A stretch of 64,000 bases of DNA from Dipteris shenzhenensis (lineage: Eukaryota): NCBI GenBank assembly GCA_047967505.1, contig CM106538.1; one strand, written 5' to 3'. The notes below the pieces were generated by a model, which saw nothing but the letters and a program-made list of their open reading frames with translations, had not been told where the DNA came from and made no database searches. A program made the translations under genes and the position numbers. This document shows positions 25,502 through 37,742 of this stretch, piece by piece. The first letter of the stretch is position 1. Each line of letters starts with the position of its first letter.

Positions 25502-26399
25502 CAGATGCCTATCCTGCTATGCAACAAGGTCCGAAATGCATGGTCTGCTTTACCCCCATCATAGATTATTGTTGTATCCGATGGCCTGCATGCTACCACC
25601 CTGTGCACGTTTTTGATTTGGAGTGTTTGTGCATACAAAATTACTATGTAGAGAATGCCATTTGCCATTGCCCAAGTCATGGACAGATCAAAGTATGATG
25701 AGACAGTTGAGTGTGTGAAGAGGTCTGCCATTGTGCAGCAGACTGGCCTCAAGAGCTAGGAGATGCTTGCTATAGAGAGGTTGATAAGATTGTTGGGAGT
25801 CTGGAATTTCTTAAAAAAGAAAAATGTCATTGCATTTTGAAATAATAAAAATCTTGCAAACATTTCTTGAACTTGTGGATATTCTCATGGTGCTCGTAAT
25901 ACCTGATTTTGTATCGACCTGCTTCCATGTTAGTACTTAAATGTTTTAAGTAGCCTAGTGGTTGAAATCTGACAGTTAACTATACCCAGTCTAAAGGCAG
26001 TCTAAAGGGCACTAGCACCAAGGATGTTTTTATCAAAGCTATGCTTGTATATTAATATTAAATCTTGGCGAAACTTTATCGAGCTAGTTTTTTTAGTTTC
26101 ACTATATTTGTATAACATATTACAAATTTATATATTTTCTTTTAAATTTTAAAGAAAAACTTGTAAATCCTAGCGAACCTGTAAATTTATTCTCATAAAA
26201 GTTTCAAATCTTGGCAAATTTTTCAAGCCTTTATTTTTATTAGGGCATACAAACTTTCGACACCAATATAAAAGTTTCATTTCTTTACAAAACTAATAGG
26301 AAAAAATCATCTATGACTAGCACTGTGCAACAAATTTTTGGATAGCACGACAGTAGTGTAGGGATAGCATGGTAGTAGTGCAAGAGAAGTTATCATAAG

Positions 26400-27790
26400 G
26401 TTGCCGATGTTCTCCTTCATCTCCTCCACTTTTTTCTCACTCTATGCAATAGCGTCATCTCAATCCCTCAGCATCTGTTGAACCTGCGTAAATTGCTGAA
26501 AAACATCTTCATGGGCGGTTTCCAAGACTTCAACTCTAGTTTGGAAATCTTGCAGGACAACAGACTGCTTTTCATAACTGTCGAAAGCCAGAGAAATCTT
26601 GTGCAAACATCTATCGTGATCTTCTTGCAGGGTATTGTAGCTTGCTCTTCGGACTTCCAACAATGTTTCAAAAAAACATCCCTCACCATGGTTGTTGCAA
26701 ATTGCTCCACCATGGTGGCTGGAACTTGCTCCACCATGGCTGCTCTCTGCATCCTTCCTGGCCTAGGGAGCTGCCCTATTGTCTTCTCCACCCCGGCTAC
26801 TCTCTGCCCCATCCTTCCTAGCCTTGAATCTCTCTCACAATTCCTGCATTAGCTTTTTGGTTTCTGCATTCTCCCTTTTCAGCTCCTCCATCATCTGGTC
26901 TTTTTCAATGATCAATGCGCTTTGCATGTTACAGAGCCGTTTGTAAAGAACCTCGTTTTTTACTCTCTAATATTCAAGGTCCTTTTGCATCTTTTCTAGT
27001 TCCTTGTCTACCATGTCATTTCTCACTTCTTCAGGCCTATCTCAAAGCTCCTTCATGCACTTCTCTGCTTCTTCTCTTCTATGCCTTTCCATGTTGATCA
27101 ATTTCGTATCGACCTCAGCTTGCTCTTATGCCTGCAAGGCCCTCGCTTGTGCCTCATCTACCTTGGCTTCTGCACCTTCCCTGAGACTTTTCTCAAGTTG
27201 CACTGCCTTTGCTGCAACGGTGGCTTTCTCTTGTAGAAAAGTCACCTTCTGAGAGATCTGCTTCTTGTATTGCTCAAAAATCCCTTTGAGGGTAGATGCC
27301 ATCAGGTGCATTGTAGCTCTAGCAAACTGCAATGACAATTGGGATTTGCCATCCACGCAATTCTTCAGGTTGGTTAACACACTCTTGGAGATTGCCCTTG
27401 AAAAAGATGCATCACATCCTTTCAGTTGCTCTACTGCCGCTTGAACCTGCCAGAACTTGTAGGTTCCTCTCGTGGAGGTTTGTTAGAAAGTTCAAAATCT
27501 TGACTCCACCATCTTTACTAATTTGAGCGTTGGGGTATACGTCTAGAATATCCTATCTCTTCCACTGCTTCTCAAAAAAGTGTGCTTGTGAACTGCCTCC
27601 ATAAATTTTTAGAGCCTTTTCAATCACTCTTTCATTGATGGTAATCTTCTAACCTTGACAGACTAGTTGCCCCTCCTTCACGTGCACCTCCTGCACAATC
27701 CTAGTGAAGTTTTGGAGAGCATCCAAATTGGGCTTTTGAATAGGGAGAGAGGAGGTCCCATATGTCATGATTTCAAGATCAGGGGAGGAG
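26400..27790 (-). pseudogene. Decayed ORF with a long coiled-coil-like region, probably TE-borne
   Basis: Frameshifted E/K/Q/A-rich segments (LQEKATVAAKAVQLEKSLREGAEAKVDEAQARALQA; LQDFQTRVEVLETAHEDVFQQF). Confidence 0.4.
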
Positions 27791-28019
27791 GGACTCTCAC
27801 ACTATGCTACAAAGGGGGAGGAAAGATTGTGTGAGGAGCTCCCAGACTATGCAGGGTCCATTACGAGAGGGGATAGAAGTTGCAGGAAGAGTGCAAGGAA
27901 GAAAGAAATGGTCAAGAGGGATAGAATATAAATGGAATATTGGAGGCTTGAGATTACAAGGGAGAACGAAACGTTTGAGAGGGATAGAAGAGGAAACGGT
28001 TAAGGGAATGGAATAGTGG

Positions 28020-28825
28020 TTTAAAGCCTGACTACATTGTCAAGGCAAGGCCACCGTACTAGTTGTAGCTAGAGACTACTGTCAAGGAAGGTGAGAGCCA
28101 CCATGGTGGTTGTAGCCTGACTACTGTCAAGGTGAGAGCCACCATTGTGGTTTGTCCAAAATTTTGAATAATTCAAGGCGGTAGTACTGACTTGCATGGT
28201 AATGAATGACTAGAGGTGGTGGCATCTAAGGTTCCTAGCCACGTCTACGGTGGCGGCTAAGGTCCACCAAGCTGTCAGTTAATTACCAGCCATCACAATG
28301 GCCTACAATTACTCAGCTTCTAGTTACCACCACCGGGCTTGCATGCATGATTACTATGAGTGCAGTAAATTATGGTAATGAGGGATTAAAGGTGATTAGG
28401 CTTCATGATTTACTTTTGTGGGAATTGCTGCCCAATGGTGGTGGCTATCATCAGCCACGTCTGTCGTGGCTATGATTCCACCGTGCCACCGCTCACCGAC
28501 CACCGCACTTCAGCATGCATGATCACTACGAGTGTAGTAAAAATTACTAGTCACGAGGCTTGCATGCTCAGTAGAAAACTAGAGTCCATGACCTGATGAG
28601 TGATTAGACATGGTAATGAGAATTACTACCTGGTGGTGGTGGCTCTCATCAGCCACATCTATCATGGCTAAGATTCCACTGAGCTGGCAGTTAATTACCA
28701 GCCACCGGAGTGGCACCACATGGCATCTTCTTCATGATTACTAGCCCGCCTGGGGGATTCCACCACGGTGGCCTACAATTAATATAGATGGAACCCCGAG
28801 CTCCAGCCACCATGGTGGCTCAAAC
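28020..28825. repeat. Degenerate array of CCACC(A/G)TGGTGG, AGCCAC(G/A)TCT and TTACTA motifs
   Basis: Repeated blocks, e.g. CATGGTAATGA...GTTAATTACCAGCCA at ~28195-28292 and ~28609-28704. Confidence 0.6.
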
Positions 28826-29930
28826 TTTATAATATATATAAGATTTGTGGCATTTGGTATTTTACTACATTGCTTTGTTCCGCCCATGCTCTGCTACTTT
28901 GCTCCACACCCCTCCTCTAGCTCTTTTCCGCCCTTGCTCTACTTTGCTCCATGGTCCCTCCTCCAACTCTCATCACTGCATCTACTCCCCATCTTTTGCT
29001 CACCCACTCATCTTCAACATGCCTAGTACCACCCCCCTCGATGCTCTATGATCCCAATAATATATGCCTTCTCATATAAGGTGATTGCGTTCCACTCACT
29101 TGGAGTAGAAATACTAGCACTAGTGGAGACCCTTCGTTCCCATAGGTGACTCCCTACACATATGAATGTCATCACCTTAGATAACATGCTCACAGAGGGC
29201 CTCTTTATGGCTTTGTGTATGGGTTCCCCCTAGATGTCAACGAAGGCCTCAATATTTTTAGAGCAAAGTACTCTCGACTTGCTGGGGGGGCCATAATCTG
29301 AGTCCTGGCAATGTGCATGGTCTTTATACTCTCCATCGTATCCGCCTTTGGCTTCCTTAAAGTTTTTAATGCAACAAGCTAGACTGGCAGAAAACTGAGT
29401 TGTAAAAATTTCCTCTTGCTCAGACGAGGCTCTCAGCAATGGCTGGATGTAATCTTTTGGGCTCTCAACGATCTTTTGGCTCACTAGATGTAATGTTTTG
29501 GTCTCTAAGGCATTTATGTAATCTCTTTTTGTTCAATTTGAGGCTCTCAATATGCACTATTGTTAACTTTTGTATTTGTATTTGAATCGTTATGGCTGCT
29601 ACCTGCAATCTTTTGTTTAAAGCTCTCAACAATTGCTGAGTTTTTATAAATGTAAGATCCTCTGTTCAATTTTTGCTTGGTTTAAGTTGATAATTTTTAT
29701 ATAACCTATTGTTGGACATAAATGTACATTGTAATCTCTTTTTCTCTATTTTCACTTGATAATTTGTACTTTTGCCATCATTTATATTTATTGCAACAAA
29801 GACTAACACACCAGGAAAGAAGGACTACAATTTCCTTGGTTTATGACCAAAATAGCGCTAAAATAACTCCAACGACCCCACCGTTGTGGTTGCATGGAGA
29901 TACATCTAGAAAAATACAATTAACTTTCAG

Positions 29931-30096
29931 AAAATGCAATTGATGATATGGCCCTTCAGGGGTCCCCTTTAGGGGCAAGGGCCATATTAACATGCCATTT
30001 CTATCTAGTGGCATCTTGGATATTGTATAATGCACATAGATATGGCCCTTGCCCCTAAAGGGGACCCCTCAAGGGCCATATCGTCAATTGCATTTT
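29931..30096. repeat. Fold-back: 57-bp inverted arms (2 mismatches) around a 52-bp spacer
   Basis: 29931-29987 is the reverse complement of 30040-30096. Confidence 0.9.
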
Positions 30097-30854
30097 GCTT
30101 GGTTGCACAATAGAATACATTTTCCCTGGTACACAAATTCATAACTCCAAGAACCAACACAGTGGCTTTCATAGATCTCCTCTTGTAATATGTAAAAATA
30201 GGTAATAGAGCTATAACTCCAAGAACTCGTGCGGTGGTCTCTCCAAGACAACCTTGAATTATAGGTGATGACAAGTGGTTAGTAGGCCAGAGACTACGCT
30301 GAGGCAATGCTCAAAATGATAGATTGCATCTCATTATTAGACCAAAAACCAGCGTGGTGGTCTCTATAAGCCAACCTGTGATTTGCATGGGCTACGAGCA
30401 AAGAAGTGACAAAAGGCTGCATGATAACAAGTGGTCACTGTGCTGCGACGGTGTTTAGAATGATAGATTTCATCTAATTATTACGACAAGAACCAGTGCA
30501 GTGGTCTCTCCAAGACAACCTTCAATTTTAATGATCTGCATGGGTTTGTGCCTACTGCCAGGTGGCAAAGCTGCAGCAGCAAAAGGCAGCACAATGATAA
30601 GTGATCAAGCGGCGTAGGCCAAAGACTATGCTGTGCGAAGCAGTGCAGAGATGCCATGTGTCGAGCTATGCGGTGTTTTGAACAAATAGATTGTGTCTCA
30701 TTATTACGCCAGTGCGCCTTCATGACGTTGGGAAAATTTTTAGTGAGAGCATAGGTCCATACAAGATTCAAATATTCACCCAGAAGCATATCGCATCCCG
30801 GCCCCAAAAATAGTTCCGTGATTGGCTATACACAAGCTAACGTTGACCCTAAAA

Positions 30855-31440
30855 TTTTGAAAACTTTGGCTTTCAAGGGGAGAATGGCTCCAGGCCATTC
30901 CCAGTACCATTCTCCTCTTGCAAAGATGAAAATTTTAAAATTCTATCTTTGTGAGGGGAGAATGGCAAGAGTGCCATTCTTCCCTTACAAAGCCAAAATT
31001 TTGAAATAGGACATTCCAATGGGAGAATGGCACTAGCGACATTCTCCCCTCAAGAAAAGCCAAAATTTTTTAATTATGACATTGTAATGGGAGAATGGCA
31101 TTATTCCATTCTACCCTTTTGGCTTTGGAAGGATGGCATTAGTGTCATTCTCTCTTTGCAAAAAAGTTTTGAAAATCTTGGCTTTGCAAGGAGAGAAAGG
31201 CAATCTTGACATTACACTAGGAGAATGGCAATAGCACCATTCTTTCCTCGCAAAGAATGAATTTTGAAAACTTTGGCAGTAGTGCCATTCTCTACTTGGA
31301 TTTTCAAGGGAAGAATGGCAGTAGTGCCATTCTCTAGTTGCAAATTTCAGCTTTGCAAGCTCCCCTTGCAAAGAATTTCTAAAATTTTAGCTTTGTAAGG
31401 GGAGACTGGCAAGTATTCTCCCACTACAAAGCCAAATTTC
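30855..31440. repeat. Array of GGAGAATGGCA / TGCCATTCTC motifs in both orientations
   Basis: More than 10 copies interspersed with AAATTTTGAAA / AAAGCCAAAATT. Confidence 0.8.
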
Positions 31441-31539
31441 GTCTATTGCACCTCAGTGGACCTATCTTATGATTCTCTTTGATATTTATATGGTCACAAT
31501 CATATTTTCCATAATTGAATGATAGGGAATGTCTACTAC

Positions 31540-32120
31540 ATGTGGGGACAAGGTGAAGATTTTGGTGGGGAATGAAGTGGTTGCAACAAGTGTAGTTTGT
31601 AGTATCGATCCAAATGGGTATTATAGTGGTGTTGGTGATAGTGGAAGCATTTCAATAATGACACTCCCTTGCCATTTTCCACTAAGGATGCAATGATTAT
31701 TGTTGGTGAAGCAATTTGGAGTGTCTCAATTTGGCCTAAGACCTCCCTACAATATGACGATGTTGCTTTAAATGAGCCAATAGATTAAGGGGCTCTAGCA
31801 AGTGAGCTTGAGAAACCTTACGTTGAGGATTTTTCCAGTTTCTTCATTAGAAACTAAGAACCGCATTTGTGAATCTTGGAAGAATAAAAGAGTTGTCTTG
31901 TGGGATGAGAGCATGATAGAAACCATTGGGGAAGGTGTGATCTTATATGTTTTCCCAAATGATTATATCAACTTTGATCTACTAGGAAATGATTGCATTG
32001 GTGTGAGTATTGAGAAGAAAGGAAAAATTAAATCAAGTATCTAAGAGTCTTCTATCCAAGACATCAATTCTCTCAGTCTACTTAAGCGCAGGCCAATCAA
32101 GCATGTTACCTTACTGGATG
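31540..32120 (+). pseudogene. Relic of a TNP1/EnSpm (TnpA C-terminal-like) domain, apparently two tandem copies
   Basis: VKILVGNEVVATSVVCSIDPNG..TPLPF..IIVGEAIWSVSIWPK, then VVLWDE..IGEGVILYVFPND..LLGNDCIGVSI; resembles the VAxGxV..DP..LG.D..V...LP.P..VG.A.G..V.WP pattern. Confidence 0.45.
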
Positions 32121-32214
32121 AAGCCCATTGCAATAATGTGTGCCCATGGACCAATATGCTAGTACAAGTGAGGTGGTCATCAATGAAATGTTGGGAAGGG
32201 ATGTTGCTTCACTT

Positions 32215-32776
32215 TCAAAAAATTGAAGGTACACTTTCATTTATTCAATCAAATGCTGCACCTCAACTCTATTGAGTTTGTTGGCTTATTACAAACCAAG
32301 AAGACTCTACTAACGACCCTAGTTTTCTGATGAGCAACTGCACAACAACAAAGGACTAGCTTTTTGATGAGCAACTACACAATAGAGGACAGTGCTATCT
32401 CATTGAACCTGGAAGGAAGACTTTTCAAGAGTATAGACTTCTGATCACCATCCTCAATTTTGGCACCAACTCCTTGAAGTTGCTTCAAGAGCATCTAGAT
32501 GCGATTCAGAAAGGTTCCCAGATCTTGTTGCCATTCATATAGAGATTGTAAAGTTGTTGTTTGAGATTTGATTTTGAATGATGCATTTTGGTCCTGAACA
32601 GTGTAGAATTAACCAGTTCACTGTTGCTGACTTTGTAATCTCAACATGGTGAAAGTATTCCTCTCCTAGGACTCGTCCCACCATCATACAAATTGCTTCA
32701 TCGTTGTTCTTCTTCCATGATCATTTCTCTGCTTCTCCAGTTCTTAGTTCCTTCTCTGACTTAGACACAATCTCCC
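32215..32776 (-). mobile_element. Distal part of the split Copia: gag continuation (32776-32395) fused directly to a partial 3' LTR (~32215-32392)
   Basis: EIVSKSEKE..WKKNNDEAI..KQLQGVGAKIEDGDQKSILLKSLPSRF; 32255-32390 is near-identical to LTR 58457-58570. Confidence 0.75.
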
Positions 32777-34339
32777 AGGGTCAATGTTTACTTGGGTTAG
32801 CCAATCACGTAACTATTTTCGGGACCACAACACGATGTACTTCTGAGTGTATTTGAATTTTGTGTGGACCCACGCTCTCGCCAAAATTTTTCTTGACATC
32901 ATGAAGGCACACTGGCATAATAATCAGATGCAATCTTATCATGGTGAATAGTGCAGAGCTCGACACATGGCACTCTATGCATTTACTCATGAGCATAGAG
33001 ACTATTCTTTTGCAGACTACATCACACATCCTTTGCCTTGCCATGTTTGCTTGCGCAACTTCGCCATCTATCACTTGGCCTGACTAAAGCACAAAACCTT
33101 TGCCTTGCCACCTGTCATTGCGCAGCTTCGTCATCTATCGCTGCGCAACAAAATCTTTTGTTGCGCTGACCACTGTGCTGGTTCAAGAAATGATGTTGGC
33201 ATGGAGAGACCACCACGCTCACATGAAGACATCGTGGCATGGCAGTCTCTAATGGGACCTCTCAAGGTCCATATCCGCAACCACCGCACTAGATGTTGGA
33301 GCTATTTTAGTTCTAAACCAAGGAAAATAGTGTTATTTTGGAGATATTTTAGTCGTATTACTCCTTGTGCAATAATTTCTCAACCACCGCACACGTTCTT
33401 GGAGATATTTTAGTTCCAAGCTAAGGAAAATGTAGAATTTGCAATTTAGTATAGTTTCCTTGCAACCACCATGCCGGTTATTGGAGTTATCATAGTTCTA
33501 AAATAGGGTGCTAGTTATTGGAACCATTTTCACTATAGTAACAACAATTTTTTCAACAATTTCTTGTGCAACGATCCCTATGGTTGTAGTAAAATATAAA
33601 TGAGGGCAGAAATATACCATTTGTTCTTCTTCAGAGCCACTTTCACTACCGTAGTAACAACAACAATAGTTTTGGCGATAATGGTACCACATTGAAATTG
33701 AAACAAAAGAAATTACATAAAGAAATTACATCCGATAGTTTTTGCGATAATTGTTTTTACATCGAAATTGAAACAAAATAAATTACATATGAAGCAAACA
33801 TTTAACAAAACAAATTACATACGAAGATGCTAGCACTTTGCTTTTGTGACACTTCTTTAAGCACTTGTCAACACCACCACTGTGGCAGGACCCGGTGTCA
33901 CTTTTTGCCCTTGTAAGCACTTTCTTACACTTTTGACTTGGTGCCCTGTATGTAGGGGACAATACAAGCACCTCCTAGTGCTATCGTAGATAGGAATTTC
34001 TTACAATTTTGACCCAGAACTCCTCGTATACAGGGGACAATATGAGCACCTCATAATCGAAATAACCTTTTTCATAGCAACTTTTGTCAAGGCACTGGAA
34101 GAGGGAGCTCAACTTGGAGGTGAGCTCAATCGAGCACAACATTCAATAGTGGACAGGGAACTCAATATGGTGGTGAGCTCCAGCACACTGACGCATGCTC
34201 TCAGTGTGTTAGAGCTGACCACCAAGTTGAGTTCCTTCCCTAGTGCTAAAGGTTGTGTGCAATTATGAGAGGCTCAACACTAAGTTGAGTTCTCTCCCAG
34301 TGCCTCACGGAACAACGACGACCCATTTCCCTTGGCTCC

Positions 34340-35488
34340 CCAACCTGCAACATGGTTGGTCATGAGGTTTTTCTTTCAAGTCTTTCAAGGAATTATCTTC
34401 GTCATAGCAACTTCTTTCAAGGCACTAGTGGGGTTATGAAGGAATTACTTCTTTCAAGGCACTAGAAGAGGGAACTCAACTTGGCGATGAGCTCAATCGA
34501 GCACAACATTCGACAGTAAATAGGAAACTCAATCTGGTGGTGGTGAGCTCCAGCACATTGATGCATGCTCTCAGTGTGTTACAGCTAATCACCAAGTTGA
34601 TTTCTCCTTCCTTAATGCCGAAGATTCTGGTCAATTATGAGAGTCTCATCACCAAGTTGATTTGTCTGCTAGTACTTGACGGAACAATGATGACCCGTTT
34701 CCCTTGGCTCCCCATCTTGCAACTCCCTTGGTCATGGCTATGGCTAGTGGAGTGATGCAAGATGGAGAGTCAAGGTAAACAATGGATCCCATGACTTGGG
34801 TAGCATTATGAAGGGGCATCAAGGTTGTAGCAAAAGATTCATCATAGGGGTAGAAGGGGGCTTGGAGAGAACGTGGAAGGGGTAGGAGAGAAATTTTGGT
34901 GGGTGCAGTGAATTGTTTCTTTGCCCTTAAGGCCTTTATATAGTTAGACTTGTCGCCCTCCCACACCTTCTCCCTTCATTTCTTGTGTTAGTTGTGTGAC
35001 TCTGGGTGCCTATCGCTGCTAAGAGCACAACATCCACCCATTGGATTTTGTTGGTAGCCCAGCCTAGCATAGGCAGTCATCTATATCATTGTCTAGCCAT
35101 GACGTGCGATTAGATGGTTGCCATGCTAGAATTTCTTGATCATCAGAGCCAAGATCATGATAATTCAATAGGAAGAGGGGGGAGGAGCGGTGGCACACGC
35201 ACCCAGCTTACTGGTAGCCTAGCCTAGCCTAGGCAGCCATTTACATCATTGTCTAACCACGGTTGCCATGGGAGAATTTCTTGGTCATCAGAACCAAGAT
35301 CATAATAATTCAATGGGATGAGGGGGGAGGAGCAATGGCACATACACCCAACTTTGTTGGTAGCCCAACCTAGCATAGGTGGTCATATACATCATTGTCT
35401 AGCCATGACATGCGATTAGATGGTAATTCTAACAGTGAGATATGTTCTTAGAGTCTATCTCTAGCTTAATGCTAGTTCTCATTCTAAA
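34340..35488. repeat. ~1.2-kb direct duplication of ~37210-38485, preceded by another ~370-bp unit copy (34050-34345)
   Basis: Collinear blocks (GAGCTCAATCGAGCACAACATT; GGTAGCCCAGCCTAGCATAGG; GCTTAATGCTAGTTCTCATTCTAAA). Confidence 0.85.
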
Positions 35489-37495
35489 AGGGGCTTCCAT
35501 TTTCCAAGTGAAAACCTCTGAGCAACGAGCACATAAAAGGTGGGAGGGGTCAAAATATATAGGCTCAAGTCATTTTTAGGAAGCACAAAATTCCAAATTA
35601 TTTCAAGGAATATGTAAGTAAATATGAAATATTGATGAATAGAGAAAGATATAAATATACATTTATATAATATACATATATAATGTCCAAATACTGACTT
35701 ATTTTATGCCTTTCAAATATCATCTCGAAAAGGATGTGTGATGTAGTCATGCCAAAGGCAGAGCAACAGTCTCTGTGCTCATGAGTAAATGCATATAGCA
35801 CCGTGTGTCAAGCTCTGCACTATTGACCACTAGAATCGTGATTGGGTCAACTCAAAGACCAGTTAAGGCTAGAGGAGGTAGGCACTGGCAACGAAATGCA
35901 TTTTTGTTGGTTTAGGATTACCTACAACCCCCACAAAATATAGCTTTTAGTTAATCCCAAACAACCACCATGCTTGTTTCATTAAATCCCAATCAATAAA
36001 TACCAAACAAGGAAAAATGTAAATCCCAAATAGTATACTAATCCCAAACAACCACCGAGCTAGTTTTAATGACAATGATTGTGCATGAGGGACCATCCAA
36101 TTCATAGGTTCAGATAAGCATTCAATCGGAATTAGACTCTAATAACAATGATTGTGCATGAGGGACCATCTAATTCAAAGGTTGAAATTAGCATTGAGCC
36201 AGAATCAAACTGTGATAACAATGACTTTTCATCTAGTTCACAAGCTTAGATTAGCATTCAGTTTGTTTATCAGGCAGTAATAACAATAGTTTAGAATGAG
36301 GATGTGCACATTTTTCGAGCAAAAACCTACAAGCCAAAAAGTCTGAGCGATAATGTTTGACACCAACCATGCTAGTATATTTCTCAAAGGAATATACAAT
36401 TCTTTCTTAATTTCTCATTTATGGAACCATATACTTATTTATTTATCATTATAATCCTCATTTTAGAGAACATCATCTATATATGAACAAATAGTGAACA
36501 CTTTAGAAAATCCTATAAATCCCTCCCTACCATACTCTCTTATGAGGATTATGGTAATTCAATTGATTTAAAAAGGTTTCCGTTATCTTTAACAATCCCA
36601 TATTTGAAGTATTGAGAAGCTGTCATGTAACAACGTATACCATATTTCTTGGATGAGTAGGAAAAGGATATTGAAAATCTTATAATTGTAGCCATTATTA
36701 TCGATCATAAATTAATCTCTAATACATTATAAAACATGGGAAGGCAAGAGAGGTATTTTCAAAATATTCCCAATTCTCCAAATCTAAGTACTTTTAAGGA
36801 AATGTGGTCCCAACTGAACTCCTTCCTACCATAATATGAATTAGGAAAAAGTTGTAACTCTCGTATACATCTTGAAATTTCAAATTTATCTCTTCTATAC
36901 CTAAAAAAAATTATAATTTTAAGCCTACCTTTGTATAGATCATGAAATTTTGAATATTTTTCCTTTTTACAGCTCCTCAATCTGAGCTAAGGAGCAAAAG
37001 TTATGACCCATTCTTTGTAGGCTCTCCAAGGGTATTCCGCCGGCAGAATAGTGTTGGGGAAAGCTCTTCAAACCATATTCCTCTAGTAGAATATACTTAG
37101 AAGGTCTATTAAAAAGATGTTATACATTTTTCTTAGCTCTTCTTGACGAGCTATAAAGAGGATATTTGCTCAAAATTTTATGATCCAACAAATGGTGAAA
37201 GGAATCCTACAACATGGTTGGTTATCAAGAAATTGCTTTCTTCATTGCAACTTCTTTCAAGGCACTGGCGGGGTTATCAAGGAATGTCTTCTTTCAAGAG
37301 GGAACTCAACTTGGCAACGAGCTCAATCGAGCACAACATTTGACAATGGACAGGGAACTAAATCTGGTGGTGAGCTCCAACACACTAATGCATGCTCTCA
37401 GTGTGTTACAACTTATCACCAAGTTGAGTTATCCTTTCCTAGTGCCGAAGGTTGTGTTCAATTATGAGAGTCTCATCACCAAGGTGAGTTCTCTG

Positions 37496-37742
37496 CTCGG
37501 GGGGGTCACTATGTATAAACCCTCTATATCACGTGCATTCAAGGCCTATATTTAAAATCCTTTATCTGTAAAAAATTTCATTAATAAAATGTACCCCTTT
37601 TCTATACAAATCTGTAAATTTTTTCCAAAACTATTTTGAATAGTCCCTTATGTATATTTATTTCTGTAAATTTTAGAAATAAAAAAAATCCTTCTGTTGA
37701 ACTCACGTGATAGGATTACATATGATGAGTGACCCCCCCGAG
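37496..37742. mobile_element. hAT-type MITE, 247 bp
   Basis: Perfect 15-bp TIR CTCGGGGGGGTCACT / AGTGACCCCCCCGAG and perfect 8-bp TSD GTTCTCTG (37488-37495, 37743-37750); absent from the paralogous site near 34665. Confidence 0.95.

Larger units (their letters stand above)
21697..30850 (+). mobile_element. Sola2-like DNA transposon, copy 1 (interior rearranged, no TSD found)
   Basis: Left end GGGGACATTGTTTGCTTGAGTATAGCC; right end GGCTATACACAAGCTAACGTTGACCCT (imperfect ~27-bp TIR); both ends match those of 32777-40960 in inverted orientation. Confidence 0.65.
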
